A stretch of 35,399 nt of DNA from Pseudomonadota bacterium (GTDB lineage: Bacteria; Myxococcota_A; Bradymonadia; UBA4248): NCBI GenBank assembly GCA_017555665.1, contig JAFZFY010000190.1:1-35399 (forward strand), in the 5' to 3' direction. Under the pieces are notes generated by a model. It made no database searches. It was given only the letters and a program-made list of their open reading frames with translations, and had not been told where the DNA came from. The translations under genes were made by a program, and so were the position numbers. This document shows positions 23,674 to 33,206 of the stretch, piece by piece. The stretch's first letter is position 1, and every line of letters begins with the position of its first letter.

Positions 23674-25566
23674 TTATTTGCAAACGCCGTTGTTGCAGCT
23701 TGACTCACAGAACTCGTAGTCGCCCATGAAGTAGCCATAGCCACCAGCTTCCGTCTTGTCGCAGGTATATTGAACGGAGAGCGGATAGCCCATATAGGTC
23801 ATGCATACTTTTTCAGCAGGATCGCCCGCGTTGCATGCGATCGCGCAGTCGGAATAATTATCTGCGGCACGGACGGCACACGGCGCGTCGCTGTCGCATT
23901 CGATCGTGGCAACGGCGCCCTCGCTGCAATAATAACCCGTGTTGCCATCGCACACTTCGACAAAGTTGTCATCGCATTTGTCGCCGACTGTCGGACCTGT
24001 GCCGCCCGAAACGCACGCGCCGTTCGAGCATTTCTCGTCACATGTCTGTGAATCTACCCAAGCACCGTTCTTACAGGTCTGGACAGTCTTGCCAGAGCAT
24101 TTTTTCGCACCCTCCGTGCAGGTCGCGGGGCTCTGGCCGTCGCAAACGCCATTGTCGCAGCTCGATTCGCAGAACGTATAATCGCCCATGAAGTAGCCAT
24201 AGCCGCCAGCTTCCGTCTTGTCGCAGGTATATTGAACGGCGAGCGGATAGCCCATGTAAGTCATGCATACGCTTTCAGCAGGATCACCCGCGTTGCACGC
24301 GACAGCACAGTCGGAGTAGTTGTCGGAGGCACGGACGGCACACGGCGCGTCATTATCGCAATCGATCGTATCAACAGTGCCTTCGCTGCAATAGTAACCC
24401 GTGTTGCCATCACAGAGCTCGACGAAGTTGTCATCGCACTTGTCGCCAACGCTCGGAATGGTGACGGGATCGCTTGAGCAAGCACCGCTCTTGCAGCTGA
24501 TATCACATGACTGACTGGTGACCCATTCGCCGTTCGTGCAGGTCTGGACATCCTTGCCGGAGCAGCGTTTTGTGCCGTCCGTGCAAGCCGTAGGCGTCTG
24601 GCCATCGCAAACACCGTTGCTGCAGCTCGATTTGCACACTTCATATTCGCCCATGAAATAGGCATAGCTGCCATCTTCCGTCTTGTCGCAGGTATATTTG
24701 ACGGAAAGCGGATTGCCCATATAGTCTACGCATACGTTCTCGGCAGGATCACCCGCGTTGCACTCAGAGGCGCAGTCGGAATAATTGTCGGAAGCACGGA
24801 CGGCACACGGCGCATCGCTGTCGCATTCGAACGTCTCGACCTTGCTCTCATGACAATAGTAGCCGGTATTGCCGTCGCAGACTTCGGTGAAGTTGTCGTC
24901 ACAGCTGTCACCCACGTTAGGAATGCTACCCGCTTCAACGCATTTACCGCTACGGCAGGTGTCGGCACCAGGCTGGTTGCACACGGAAATCGTCTTCCAT
25001 ACGCCATCCTGACATTCCTGAACGGCTTCGCCTGCTGCACAACGCGTCGCACCTTCTTTGCAGGCCGCTTCTGCTACGCATGAACCGGCTTTGCACGTCT
25101 GACCGCTCGGGCAGGGCGAATCAACCCATGTATTGTTGGAACAAACCTGATGTGCACCCAGCGATGTGCAGCGCTGCGCACCCGCATTACATACGGTTTC
25201 GGGGGTAACCGAATCTGGATCACAGTAGGCACCATTCGGACCGGATGTGCACGCCAGCGCGCCGCAATCTGTCAGCTCATACGTCCATTTCGATTCGCTG
25301 CAGTATTTGACCGAATTGCCTGCACATACCGGCTTCGTCGTCGCAGGATTGCATTCCTGAATCGACAGACATTCGCCGCTGTTGCACGTTCTGCCTGTAG
25401 GACACGGAATCGAAACATACTCGCCATCGACACATTCCTGGCGTACACCGCTCGCATTACAAATGCGATGACCTTCCTCGCACGCCGCCTTGTTGCCATC
25501 TTCTTCATTACACGACGCACAGCTCAGTGCCGCCAGCATCGCAATAACAGTCCATGTCTTTTTCAT
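23674..25566 (-). CDS. Cysteine-rich repeat lipoprotein (about 630 aa)
   Basis: MKKTWTVIAMLAALSCASC signal/lipobox-like N-terminus with GGAGA Shine-Dalgarno upstream of ATG 25566. N-terminal C-x-G-x-x-C modules are followed by three ~154-aa repeats (GDxCDDNFxExCDGNTGYYC...DNYSDCA..CNAGDPAE.VC...YTCDKTE.G.Y.YFMG.Y..C.SSC.NGVC). Confidence 0.8.
   Translation of the reverse strand: MKKTWTVIAMLAALSCASCNEEDGNKAACEEGHRICNASGVRQECVDGEYVSIPCPTGRTCNSGECLSIQECNPATTKPVCAGNSVKYCSESKWTYELTDCGALACTSGPNGAYCDPDSVTPETVCNAGAQRCTSLGAHQVCSNNTWVDSPCPSGQTCKAGSCVAEAACKEGATRCAAGEAVQECQDGVWKTISVCNQPGADTCRSGKCVEAGSIPNVGDSCDDNFTEVCDGNTGYYCHESKVETFECDSDAPCAVRASDNYSDCASECNAGDPAENVCVDYMGNPLSVKYTCDKTEDGSYAYFMGEYEVCKSSCSNGVCDGQTPTACTDGTKRCSGKDVQTCTNGEWVTSQSCDISCKSGACSSDPVTIPSVGDKCDDNFVELCDGNTGYYCSEGTVDTIDCDNDAPCAVRASDNYSDCAVACNAGDPAESVCMTYMGYPLAVQYTCDKTEAGGYGYFMGDYTFCESSCDNGVCDGQSPATCTEGAKKCSGKTVQTCKNGAWVDSQTCDEKCSNGACVSGGTGPTVGDKCDDNFVEVCDGNTGYYCSEGAVATIECDSDAPCAVRAADNYSDCAIACNAGDPAEKVCMTYMGYPLSVQYTCDKTEAGGYGYFMGDYEFCESSCNNGVCK
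23683..25070 (-). repeat. Three tandem ~462-465-bp intragenic repeats
   Basis: The landmark ggtatat(t)tgaacgg/gacgg...agcggat(a/t)gcccat recurs at 23764, 24226 and 24691. The antisense track ORFs at 23770 and 24232 are near-identical. Confidence 0.8.
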
Positions 25567-26173
25567 CTCTTTCTCCATTGTCGCCACTTGGGCACGAATT
25601 ATTAAATTGTTTAAGGCACGCGATGGTTCTCTTTGCTTAGAGCAAAGTGCCGTTCCCCCCTTTATGCCGTAATCTGCGCCTACTTTCAACTACATATCAC
25701 CATATTTTGCAAAAAAAATATCACTTTCAGGCATTTTTTTGAATTTTGGACATCTCACCCGCTGTTTTTCGCGTACCCAGATGGATAAAATTCAGTCTAA
25801 GACGGAATAGACTGCATAATCAGAGCAATCATCCCCATTGGGATTCAGTCGCGTGCTCGATATCTGGGGATGCTGCGCGCCTCGCGCCTGTGCGCGGCAT
25901 GATCTCACATCATCCAGACCCGTGCATGGTTCGCGATAAGGCATGCTTGCATCATCTTAGCGCTGGCTGTGCTGCGATTTGGATCACGAGATCTGGATTT
26001 GAAGCACGCACGCCCGGCGTGATATACACGCCGCCTGCGCCCGCCGCCTGCGCCCGAATCAAGCGGCACGGCTGTTACGGCTTGCATCCGATGGCGCGTC
26101 CCACACGCCTGGATCATGCATCCGCGTCTAGGGCATCACGCTGCAAAAACTCTTGCAAATACAGGATTTTACA

Positions 26174-26860
26174 ATGCTTTCGACATGCATTCCATCGAGA
26201 GATATCACGCTTCGCGCCGCCTTGTTCGATCTCGACGGTGTCGTATTCGATACCGAAGGCCAGTACACGGAACTCTATGGGGCCATCGGCCGCAAATACC
26301 TTCCCGACGCGCCCGACTTTGCCCAACGCATCAAGGGCCGCACCTTGGTGCAGATCTATGCCGAATGGTTCCCAGGCCAGCCCGAACGCCAGGCCGAAAT
26401 CACGCGTTGGATCGACGACTTCGAGCGCAACATGGATTACCGCTTCGTCAACGGCGCGGTGCGTTTTATCAAGGCTTTGCGCGCCGAAGGCATCCGCACC
26501 GCCGTCATCACGAGCAGCAACAAGCCTAAAATCATGAGCGCGCTTGCGGCACGCCCGGAACTCAACGCGCTCTTTGACCGCATCCTCACCGCCGAAGACT
26601 ATGCCGCCAGCAAGCCCGCCCCAGACGGCTATCTCAAAGGCGCAGAGATCTTCCAGGCATCCCCCCTCGAATGCGTCGTCTTCGAGGACAGTCTCAACGG
26701 GCTCAAAGCCGGCAAAGCCGCCGGCAGCTTCCTCGTCGGCCTCACGACGACAAATCCTCCCGAACTCGTCAGGCAATACGCCGACCTCACGATTCCAGAC
26801 TTTGAAAACCTCTCGGTGCAGACCCTGAAAGCTCTGTACGCCGTAAGCATATTCCCGTGA
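26174..26860 (+). CDS. HAD-superfamily hydrolase, subfamily IA (beta-phosphoglucomutase/phosphatase-like)
   Basis: Motif I FDLDGVVFDT, motif II VITSS, motif III/IV K...FEDSLNGLKAGKAAG. I prefer ATG 26174 over the track's TTG at 26153. Confidence 0.85.
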   Translation: MLSTCIPSRDITLRAALFDLDGVVFDTEGQYTELYGAIGRKYLPDAPDFAQRIKGRTLVQIYAEWFPGQPERQAEITRWIDDFERNMDYRFVNGAVRFIKALRAEGIRTAVITSSNKPKIMSALAARPELNALFDRILTAEDYAASKPAPDGYLKGAEIFQASPLECVVFEDSLNGLKAGKAAGSFLVGLTTTNPPELVRQYADLTIPDFENLSVQTLKALYAVSIFP

Positions 26861-26972
26861 CACACGGACAGCCCTGAAGCGTTTTCGGCCTCTGTTTATG
26901 CCGATTTGCGCGCGTGCCTGTCGCCTGGACACGAACTGGCGAGAGATGCCTCGGCTCTCTGATGCGGCTTTT

Positions 26973-27080
26973 GGGGAAGGGGGAAGAATCCCCCTGCGCG
27001 GCTATGTGCTCGACCGGTAGAGACGTGCGGACCGCGCGTCTCTACCGGTCTGCGCGCATACGCCGCTACCCCCTCGACGA
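26973..27080 (-). repeat. Compound REP-like element, copy 3 (inverted)
   Basis: The reverse complement reads CGAGGGGGTAGCGGCgTATGCGCGCAG-[ACCGGTAGAGACG...ACGTCTCTACCGGT]-CGAGCACATAGCCGCGCAGGGGGAttcTTCCCCCT. The arms match copy 1 and the inner hairpin is different. Confidence 0.75.
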
Positions 27081-27169
27081 ATCACACATGCCGCCATGAC
27101 ACAGCGCATGAAGGTTCCTGCGGCGAACATAAACTCAGGATCTATCGCTTGTTTCTCACGCGGATCGCG

Positions 27170-27871
27170 TTACGTCATGCACCGATAGATCATGAAGTAA
27201 TGTGCGATTGTGCCGAGGACGATAAAGACGTGAAAGATCTCGTGACACCCGAAGCGCGGATTGTTTCTTCCGGGCCATTTGATGGCATAGAGGATGCCGC
27301 CTGTCGTATAGAACACCCCGCCGAGTACCATCCAGAAGAGCGGATTGAAGCCAGCCGCATGATAGATCATGGGGACGGTGCAGACGCTGATCCATCCGAG
27401 GGCGATATAGACCCCGGCGGTGACCCATCGCGGCGCGTTGATCCATAAGAAGGCGAGCAGGCAGCTTGCGATGGCGAGCGTCCAGATGCCGGCAAGAATG
27501 AGATTGCCCCAAAAACCGGCGAGTATCGTGAGGCAGAGCGGCGTATAGGTGCCTGCGATGAGGAGATTGACGGCCATGTGGTCGATCTTTCGCAAGGCGA
27601 TTCGCCCTTTGACGGACGTGTTCACCGAGTGGTAGAGCGTGCTCGCCGTGTAGAGGATGATCGAAGTCGTGCAGAAGATACAGAAGCCGGCGATGCGTAT
27701 GCCGTCATGATCTGGCACGACTTTGCACACCATGAATATCGCGCCGATCGCCGAGAGCAATATGCCGACGCCATGCGTGATGGCCGACCACGGGCGAAGC
27801 CCGTCATAGGGATTGCGTCCCTTTTCCATAGGGCGACGCGAAGAGCCTTCGTATTCCTTAACACTGTCCAT
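27170..27871 (-). CDS. Hemolysin-III / PAQR family membrane protein
   Basis: Seven predicted TM segments, with conserved AITHGVG..., HSV...DH... and HxFHV motifs (HEIFHVFIVLGTIAHY). AGGAGA Shine-Dalgarno upstream of ATG 27871; ATG 27910 is an alternative start. Confidence 0.85.
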   Translation of the reverse strand: MDSVKEYEGSSRRPMEKGRNPYDGLRPWSAITHGVGILLSAIGAIFMVCKVVPDHDGIRIAGFCIFCTTSIILYTASTLYHSVNTSVKGRIALRKIDHMAVNLLIAGTYTPLCLTILAGFWGNLILAGIWTLAIASCLLAFLWINAPRWVTAGVYIALGWISVCTVPMIYHAAGFNPLFWMVLGGVFYTTGGILYAIKWPGRNNPRFGCHEIFHVFIVLGTIAHYFMIYRCMT

Positions 27872-28004
27872 CTCGATATCTCCTGAACGAATCACGCCTG
27901 AGCGATCCATCGATATTTATATCATGGATATGTCATCATGATGTCATTGGGCTACGGATATGCTTTTGTTTCGGACGTGATTTGGGGGGGATCACGGCAG
28001 GGAT

Positions 28005-28073
28005 GTGCGGGCGTATTGCGCGTATTCGCAATAGCCCGCACGTCAGCGGCGCGTATGCCAACGGCATAGCGCC
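28005..28073 (+). repeat. REP-like palindrome doublet
   Basis: GTGCGGGCgTATTGCG-cgtatt-CGCAATAGCCCGCAC and GGCGCgTATGCC-aac-GGCATAGCGCC. Confidence 0.75.
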
Positions 28074-28110
28074 GCCCCCAAACGGTTCCATAAAGCGCGG
28101 TGCTGCCATT

Positions 28111-31005
28111 TTACCGGGGCGGTCTGACGCGGAGCTTGAACCATTTGCGCATGTCGTTCATTTTGGCGCGTTCGGAGGCGGGGGCTGTGCGCGAGCATGT
28201 CTTGTATTCGGGGGAGTTTGCGGGTGCGCCCCAACGGATCTCGTTGCAGTCGGCGGGATGATACGCCATTTCGAGCGATTCGGCGCGTTCGACGATCGTC
28301 TGTAACGAGAGGGATACGGGCGTGCCTTCGGAATTGAGGTAGCTGATTGAGGCGTGCGCGAGCGCATTGTGGATGTCGGCGCGGGCACCGGCGACGGCCT
28401 GATCGATCTCGGCCTGTGTCGTGAGCCCGTAGCGTTCGGCATTTCTGGCGATTTTGTCGGGGAAATCCATGACGGCATCGATGGCGATGAGCATGCGCAT
28501 ATCGCGAGAGGGCGTGGAGAAGTCTTCCCAGGGGCCGGTCGTCTCGAAGATCGCGTAACCTTTGGGCATGACGAATCCGGCAGTGCCGTGTTCACGGGCG
28601 TAATCATCGCCGTTCTGGACGCTGAGGACGCGTTTTTCGGCAGATTCGCGCAAGGCATCCGTGAGTTCGGCGATGGCATCAGCGATAGCGAGCGGCTTCG
28701 GATGAATGGCGGCTTCGACGCGGTCATAAAAGACATCGCGGGAGACCTGTTTTTGTTCGAGGCTGTAGGGGACGAAGCCTGATTTTGAGTTGAGCTCGTC
28801 GTTTGTGAGCTGTTTGCCGTCCACAATGGGTCGGAAAGCCTTGAACCCGGCGCCGACGTTATCGACTTCCGGGACGAAGAGGAAGTTCCCGCGCCAGAAG
28901 CGTTTTCGCGTGATCGTGCCGTCGGGCTGGGCATCTGCGGCGAGCATGGCGCCGGGCGTTTCTGGCGTATCCGGCGTGTAATGCGCGATGATGAGCAGGT
29001 GGCCGTAGGGATCCGCGTAGGTCGTCCCTGGTCGCAGTGCGTCGCGTTCGAGGGCGACGGGATAGAAATCGGTCTCGTCGTCATCAAGCGCGGTCCTTGC
29101 GGAGCCGGAATGTACCATGTAACCGCCGACGTACAGGGCGTAGCGGTTGAATTTTTTGGCATCGGGGCCCGCCGTGTTGCTGGTCTGGCTGTCATGGAAA
29201 GTGGGCGCGCCGCAACGCGGGGCGCGGACGTTTGTGCCTCGGTCGCATTTGCGCACCGCCATCGGGAGGCCGCGTTTCCAGGCGAAATATGACCGGAGCA
29301 TATAGGGGAGATCGGCGCAATCCGGCTCAAGCCGCAGGCCGTCGTCTTCGTGCTGTCCGAGCGCGTTGTAAAGGATATTGTGCCTGGGGTCGCGCAGAAC
29401 GTCGCCCAGGTTTGTCCAGCTCTTGTCCGGTTCGTCGGGATAATCGAACAGGCGTTCGACAAATGCAGAAAACAGCGTCTCTTCCTGAGGTGTCCAGTTC
29501 CGTGATGATTTCCAGGGCAGTCCGGCACTCGGTTCGGCATCGCGTGTGAGCTCGGTCATGACGGAGATGTGCGTGATGCGTTCGAGGAAGCTGCCGCGCG
29601 ATGTGTTTTCGCCCAGGGCGAGTGAGCTGAGCGTGACGCGGTCGACATGCACGAGCGTTTCGGGGTTTTCGCCGTCTGGGACTTGCGCATCGGCGGGGCA
29701 TGCTTCGAGATACTCGGAGAGCGCGTGGAGGACGACGGGGGTGCCGTCGCTTTTTTTGCCGAGCCAAGCCATGATATGGCCGGGAAAATGGAGCAGGACG
29801 ATGCCTGTTTTGGCGGCATCCTCAATTTTCTTGAGTTTGTCGCCGGGAGCCATGCCGGCGACGTGGATGTAATAGCTTGTCTGGACGGCTTGTTCCTTGC
29901 TGTTTCTGGGCAGCCTGAGGCCGAAAGCGCGCGCGGTGTCGAGCATGAGGCGTGAGCAGTCGCGCCATCCGCCGTGTCCGCCCCAGCCATACGGATCGCC
30001 TGCGAACAGGAAGAGCGTGCGCACCCAGTCGCGACGCGACAAGGGGCGTGAGGTATCGACGAGGCCGTCGATGCCTGCGGCGCGAATGGCTCTCATGCCG
30101 TCTGGGGTGGCGACATAGACATCAGACTTTGAACCCTCCAGGAACGCGCCTTTGGGGATCGTCATGCCTGCAAGATCGAGGGGCTTTTCGGCGAACCATC
30201 GGGCTTCCTGGACGCCTTTGGTGCGGCTGTCGCGTTCGGGGCTCAGGCGGGCATTCGGCGTGAGCCAGCCCCACATATCGCGTGTGCGCACGAACTTCAT
30301 GCCGTCGGCATGCTCGAACAACACTTCGATACGCGCCTGGGCGCGGCCCAGCGAGCAGTTGTTGCGGCTGAATCGCGCTTCTCCGTTGACGGTGCGGATG
30401 TAATGCCGGTCGTGCGGCCCGCATAGGATCGTCGCATCGTCGAGCAGGACGTATTGCTTGAACGCAGCCGGGTCACAGCCTTGCCGGAACTCGCGGAGCG
30501 GACGTTCCCAGTCATCGGGGGGCGGCACGGATCCGTCCTCGAACATGATGTCGCCGTTGTCGAATTTCTCCTTAAAAGACTGCAGGCGCGTGCGCATATC
30601 GGCTTCGAGCGCGGCACAATCCGGCGGCGTGTCGAGATCGGTCATCGCGGTGTAGAACCGTTCGTTTTGGCGTTCGATGCCCTTTGGGGTGAGGGTCGCG
30701 CGCTTGTTGTTTGACCAGATCTTGGGGTCGAAGTCTGCCTCGGAGATGCCTGGCAGCAGCGCGTCAGCCTGCCTTTCTGCCGGGCAGTTGGCGCTTCGGG
30801 GGATCTTCGGGGCAGGCGCCGTGTCATCGTCGGGGGCGGCCGGTTGCCCGCTGTCTGGCTGGGGATTGTCCGATACGTCGGATATATCCGACGCGTCATT
30901 CTGCGATATCTCGGCGGCAGAGCGCGTTTCGGTCGGCGTGTTCTGAGGCATGCAAGCGGCTAGGCATCCGGCGAGTATCAGGCATAAAGGCTTTGTGACA
31001 GACAT
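28111..31005 (-). CDS. Large lipoprotein (964 aa) with an embedded NlpC/P60-like cysteine peptidase domain
   Basis: Canonical lipobox MSVTKPLCLILAGC. The central DPYGWGGHGGWRDCSRLMLDTARAFGLRLPRNSKEQ...LLHFPGHIMAWLG matches the NlpC/P60 Cys...His signature. The long flanking regions are unrecognised. Confidence 0.75.
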   Translation of the reverse strand: MSVTKPLCLILAGCLAACMPQNTPTETRSAAEISQNDASDISDVSDNPQPDSGQPAAPDDDTAPAPKIPRSANCPAERQADALLPGISEADFDPKIWSNNKRATLTPKGIERQNERFYTAMTDLDTPPDCAALEADMRTRLQSFKEKFDNGDIMFEDGSVPPPDDWERPLREFRQGCDPAAFKQYVLLDDATILCGPHDRHYIRTVNGEARFSRNNCSLGRAQARIEVLFEHADGMKFVRTRDMWGWLTPNARLSPERDSRTKGVQEARWFAEKPLDLAGMTIPKGAFLEGSKSDVYVATPDGMRAIRAAGIDGLVDTSRPLSRRDWVRTLFLFAGDPYGWGGHGGWRDCSRLMLDTARAFGLRLPRNSKEQAVQTSYYIHVAGMAPGDKLKKIEDAAKTGIVLLHFPGHIMAWLGKKSDGTPVVLHALSEYLEACPADAQVPDGENPETLVHVDRVTLSSLALGENTSRGSFLERITHISVMTELTRDAEPSAGLPWKSSRNWTPQEETLFSAFVERLFDYPDEPDKSWTNLGDVLRDPRHNILYNALGQHEDDGLRLEPDCADLPYMLRSYFAWKRGLPMAVRKCDRGTNVRAPRCGAPTFHDSQTSNTAGPDAKKFNRYALYVGGYMVHSGSARTALDDDETDFYPVALERDALRPGTTYADPYGHLLIIAHYTPDTPETPGAMLAADAQPDGTITRKRFWRGNFLFVPEVDNVGAGFKAFRPIVDGKQLTNDELNSKSGFVPYSLEQKQVSRDVFYDRVEAAIHPKPLAIADAIAELTDALRESAEKRVLSVQNGDDYAREHGTAGFVMPKGYAIFETTGPWEDFSTPSRDMRMLIAIDAVMDFPDKIARNAERYGLTTQAEIDQAVAGARADIHNALAHASISYLNSEGTPVSLSLQTIVERAESLEMAYHPADCNEIRWGAPANSPEYKTCSRTAPASERAKMNDMRKWFKLRVRPPR

Positions 31006-31059
31006 GATTTTCCAGAGTGGCAGAGCGCAGTGGCTTGTGTGACAAGGCGTTTAAAAAAA

Positions 31060-31130
31060 GCGTCTGCGTATCGGCTGTTCAGCCGATAGCAGACGCCAGA
31101 TGGCTCGCGTATGCCGCAGGCATAGCGAGC
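31060..31130 (+). repeat. REP-like palindrome doublet; the left copy doubles as the minus-strand terminator of the kinase gene
   Basis: GCGTCTGCgTATCGGCTG-tt-CAGCCGATAGCAGACGC (31060-31096) is followed by U7 on the minus strand. GCTCGCgTATGCC-gca-GGCATAGCGAGC lies at 31103-31130. Confidence 0.75.
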
Positions 31131-31148
31131 GTCAAAAAAAGATGCGTT

Positions 31149-31763
31149 CTATTTCAGGAGATCTTCGATCTGCTCGATCAGGTCGATGCGATGGATGATG
31201 TCGCGGAGGTAGTCGAGTTTGTCGGTCTCTATGACGGCTTTGGGGCCGAGATCGTATCGCTCAAACCATTCCTCGTACTGCGTGTGGAGCTTCTGGATGT
31301 AGGAAAGGGGGATCGCCATCTCGGATTCGCGCCCGCGTTTCTTGATGCGCCGGCGGACACCGCGCACGGAACAACGGAGATAAATGAGCAAATCTGGGGG
31401 CTGGAGCTCGCGCCGAATGGTCTTATAGAGTTCCATGTACGTGTCGTAATCGCGCTTTGTGATGCCTCGACGGCGGCGAAGATTCTCGACGAAAATCTCC
31501 GCATCCTCGTAGATCGATCGGTCGAGTATGACGCGTTGTTCAGACTTTTGGGCTTCGAGATGAAGGGCATATTTTCGCGACAGATAAAAGATCTGCGAGT
31601 TGAAAGCCCATCGCTTCATATCTTCGTAGAAATCGGCGATATAGGGGTTGTCATCGACCGGTTCATAGAGTGGTGTGAGGCCATATCTCTTGGAGAGGAA
31701 GCCGACCATTGTGGATTTTCCGGCACCGATGTTCCCGGCGATAGCGATAAATCTTGCAGTCAT
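31149..31763 (-). CDS. Deoxynucleoside kinase (dCK/dGK family)
   Basis: P-loop IAIAGNIGAGKST, DRSIYED, and Arg-rich lid RRRIKKRGRESE. I prefer ATG 31763 over the track's TTG at 31796. Confidence 0.85.
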   Translation of the reverse strand: MTARFIAIAGNIGAGKSTMVGFLSKRYGLTPLYEPVDDNPYIADFYEDMKRWAFNSQIFYLSRKYALHLEAQKSEQRVILDRSIYEDAEIFVENLRRRRGITKRDYDTYMELYKTIRRELQPPDLLIYLRCSVRGVRRRIKKRGRESEMAIPLSYIQKLHTQYEEWFERYDLGPKAVIETDKLDYLRDIIHRIDLIEQIEDLLK

Positions 31764-31884
31764 AAGCCTATTAAAACGAAAAGCCCCGTGTATCAAAGGG
31801 GCTGAGGGTGTTTGAGCGTCTTGCGAAATGCGTCGAGACGAGGTCAGGTGTAGATACGAGCACTCATCATGAGTGCATAACAGT

Positions 31885-33192
31885 TTACCCTAAAAACAAA
31901 AATAATTGAAGCAGGGAAGGTACAAGCAGGATCGTGTTGTACGTCATGTGCAGTAAAATAGAGGGAAACAGCGATCGATATCTGAGTTTGAGGTAGCCGC
32001 AGGTGAGCGAGACGAGTGCGATGGGCAAGAGTGCCCAGAGGTGCTCGATGCTCTGCGGAATGTGCACGCCGACGAAGAGCACGGAGCTGATGGCGATGGC
32101 GAGGATATTGGTTGCAATCGGATGTTTTGAGCCGCTTTTGGCTTCAAGGCTCGTCTGAATGATGCCCCTGAAGAGACATTCCTCGGAGACGCCGGCGAGT
32201 ATGGCGAAAATGCAGGTGAGGTAACAGGAGGAAGTGAGCTGTGTCGCCATCTCGATCGTGCCGAGTTCGACAGTAGGCGAGAGGAGATTGAGCACGAGCG
32301 CGGCAGTCACGGCGAGCCCGAAGCCGAGACCGAGCGAGAGCAGCGGATTGAAGGCCGGGGCTGGCGCGGATTCGCTTGGGGGCGGCGTTTCCTTGTCGGC
32401 TTCTTCGGCAGGCATCACGGCTGGCGCTGTGCGCCGTGATCTGTACCAGAGGAACGCGCCGGCTACGGTCAGCATGGCGACGAAATTGACCGAGAGTACG
32501 GGGAGAAAGTCTAGAAATGACGGGAGAATATGCGATTCGGGAGCATCGAGATTCTGCGCAAATGGCATAGACAGGACAAGCGAGAGCCCCATCGCGGCGA
32601 GGAATGATGTGACGGCATCGTATGGCTTAAAGACGGGTTTGGAGAATGGATAAGGCTTGTATGAAGCGCAGGCTGCCGCGCCCCAGAGGGTTCCGAGGAA
32701 TGTGATGAACAGGATCAGGAGCGAGAACCATCCGGCGTGTCTGGACGATGCCGCGATGACGAGCGTGGGCGATGGGAGATCCCGGATCTCGAAGGTCTGT
32801 TCCGAGACATCCGCTTGGGCGGATGCAGGGAACAAGGCTATGGATGCGCTGGAGCCGGATGCAGCCTCCTGAGCAGGCGGGATCTCTAGCCAGACGGCAC
32901 CGCAAGCGAGGTGTGGCGAGACATCGAATTGTTCTGCAGTTTTTGCCGAGAGCGTGAGCGGTCTCGGCGGTTCGACATCGTAACGCTCGCCGTTGATATA
33001 TGTTTCTGCCGGGATGTCGGTCATCGAGGGCAGGCAGAGGAAGAGGGAGGCTGAGGAATCTGAGGGAAGGGATAGGCTGACGGCGTGATCTGTCGAGAGC
33101 GCCGTGACCTCGTGGTCATCGCGCGATCCGGCGAGAAGACACAACAGAATGGCCGAAAGAACGGCGATGACTGCAAGGATTCGATGGTTCAT
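31885..33192 (-). CDS. CPBP-family intramembrane glutamic endopeptidase (CAAX protease-like) with a large N-terminal extracytoplasmic region
   Basis: C-terminal EECLFRGIIQ and FVGVH...H motifs, multiple TM helices, ATG 33192 lies 15 nt after the upstream stop. Confidence 0.8.
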   Translation of the reverse strand: MNHRILAVIAVLSAILLCLLAGSRDDHEVTALSTDHAVSLSLPSDSSASLFLCLPSMTDIPAETYINGERYDVEPPRPLTLSAKTAEQFDVSPHLACGAVWLEIPPAQEAASGSSASIALFPASAQADVSEQTFEIRDLPSPTLVIAASSRHAGWFSLLILFITFLGTLWGAAACASYKPYPFSKPVFKPYDAVTSFLAAMGLSLVLSMPFAQNLDAPESHILPSFLDFLPVLSVNFVAMLTVAGAFLWYRSRRTAPAVMPAEEADKETPPPSESAPAPAFNPLLSLGLGFGLAVTAALVLNLLSPTVELGTIEMATQLTSSCYLTCIFAILAGVSEECLFRGIIQTSLEAKSGSKHPIATNILAIAISSVLFVGVHIPQSIEHLWALLPIALVSLTCGYLKLRYRSLFPSILLHMTYNTILLVPSLLQLFLFLG

Positions 33193-33206
33193 GTAGCCCG
33201 TGTATA

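Noticed and set aside
25746-26537. 263-aa plus-strand ORF spanning the divergent promoter region and running out of frame into the HAD gene.
   Set aside because: The sequence is Arg/Ser/Pro/Ala/Cys-rich and implausible, it has no ribosome-binding site, and it overlaps a clearly real HAD hydrolase frame.
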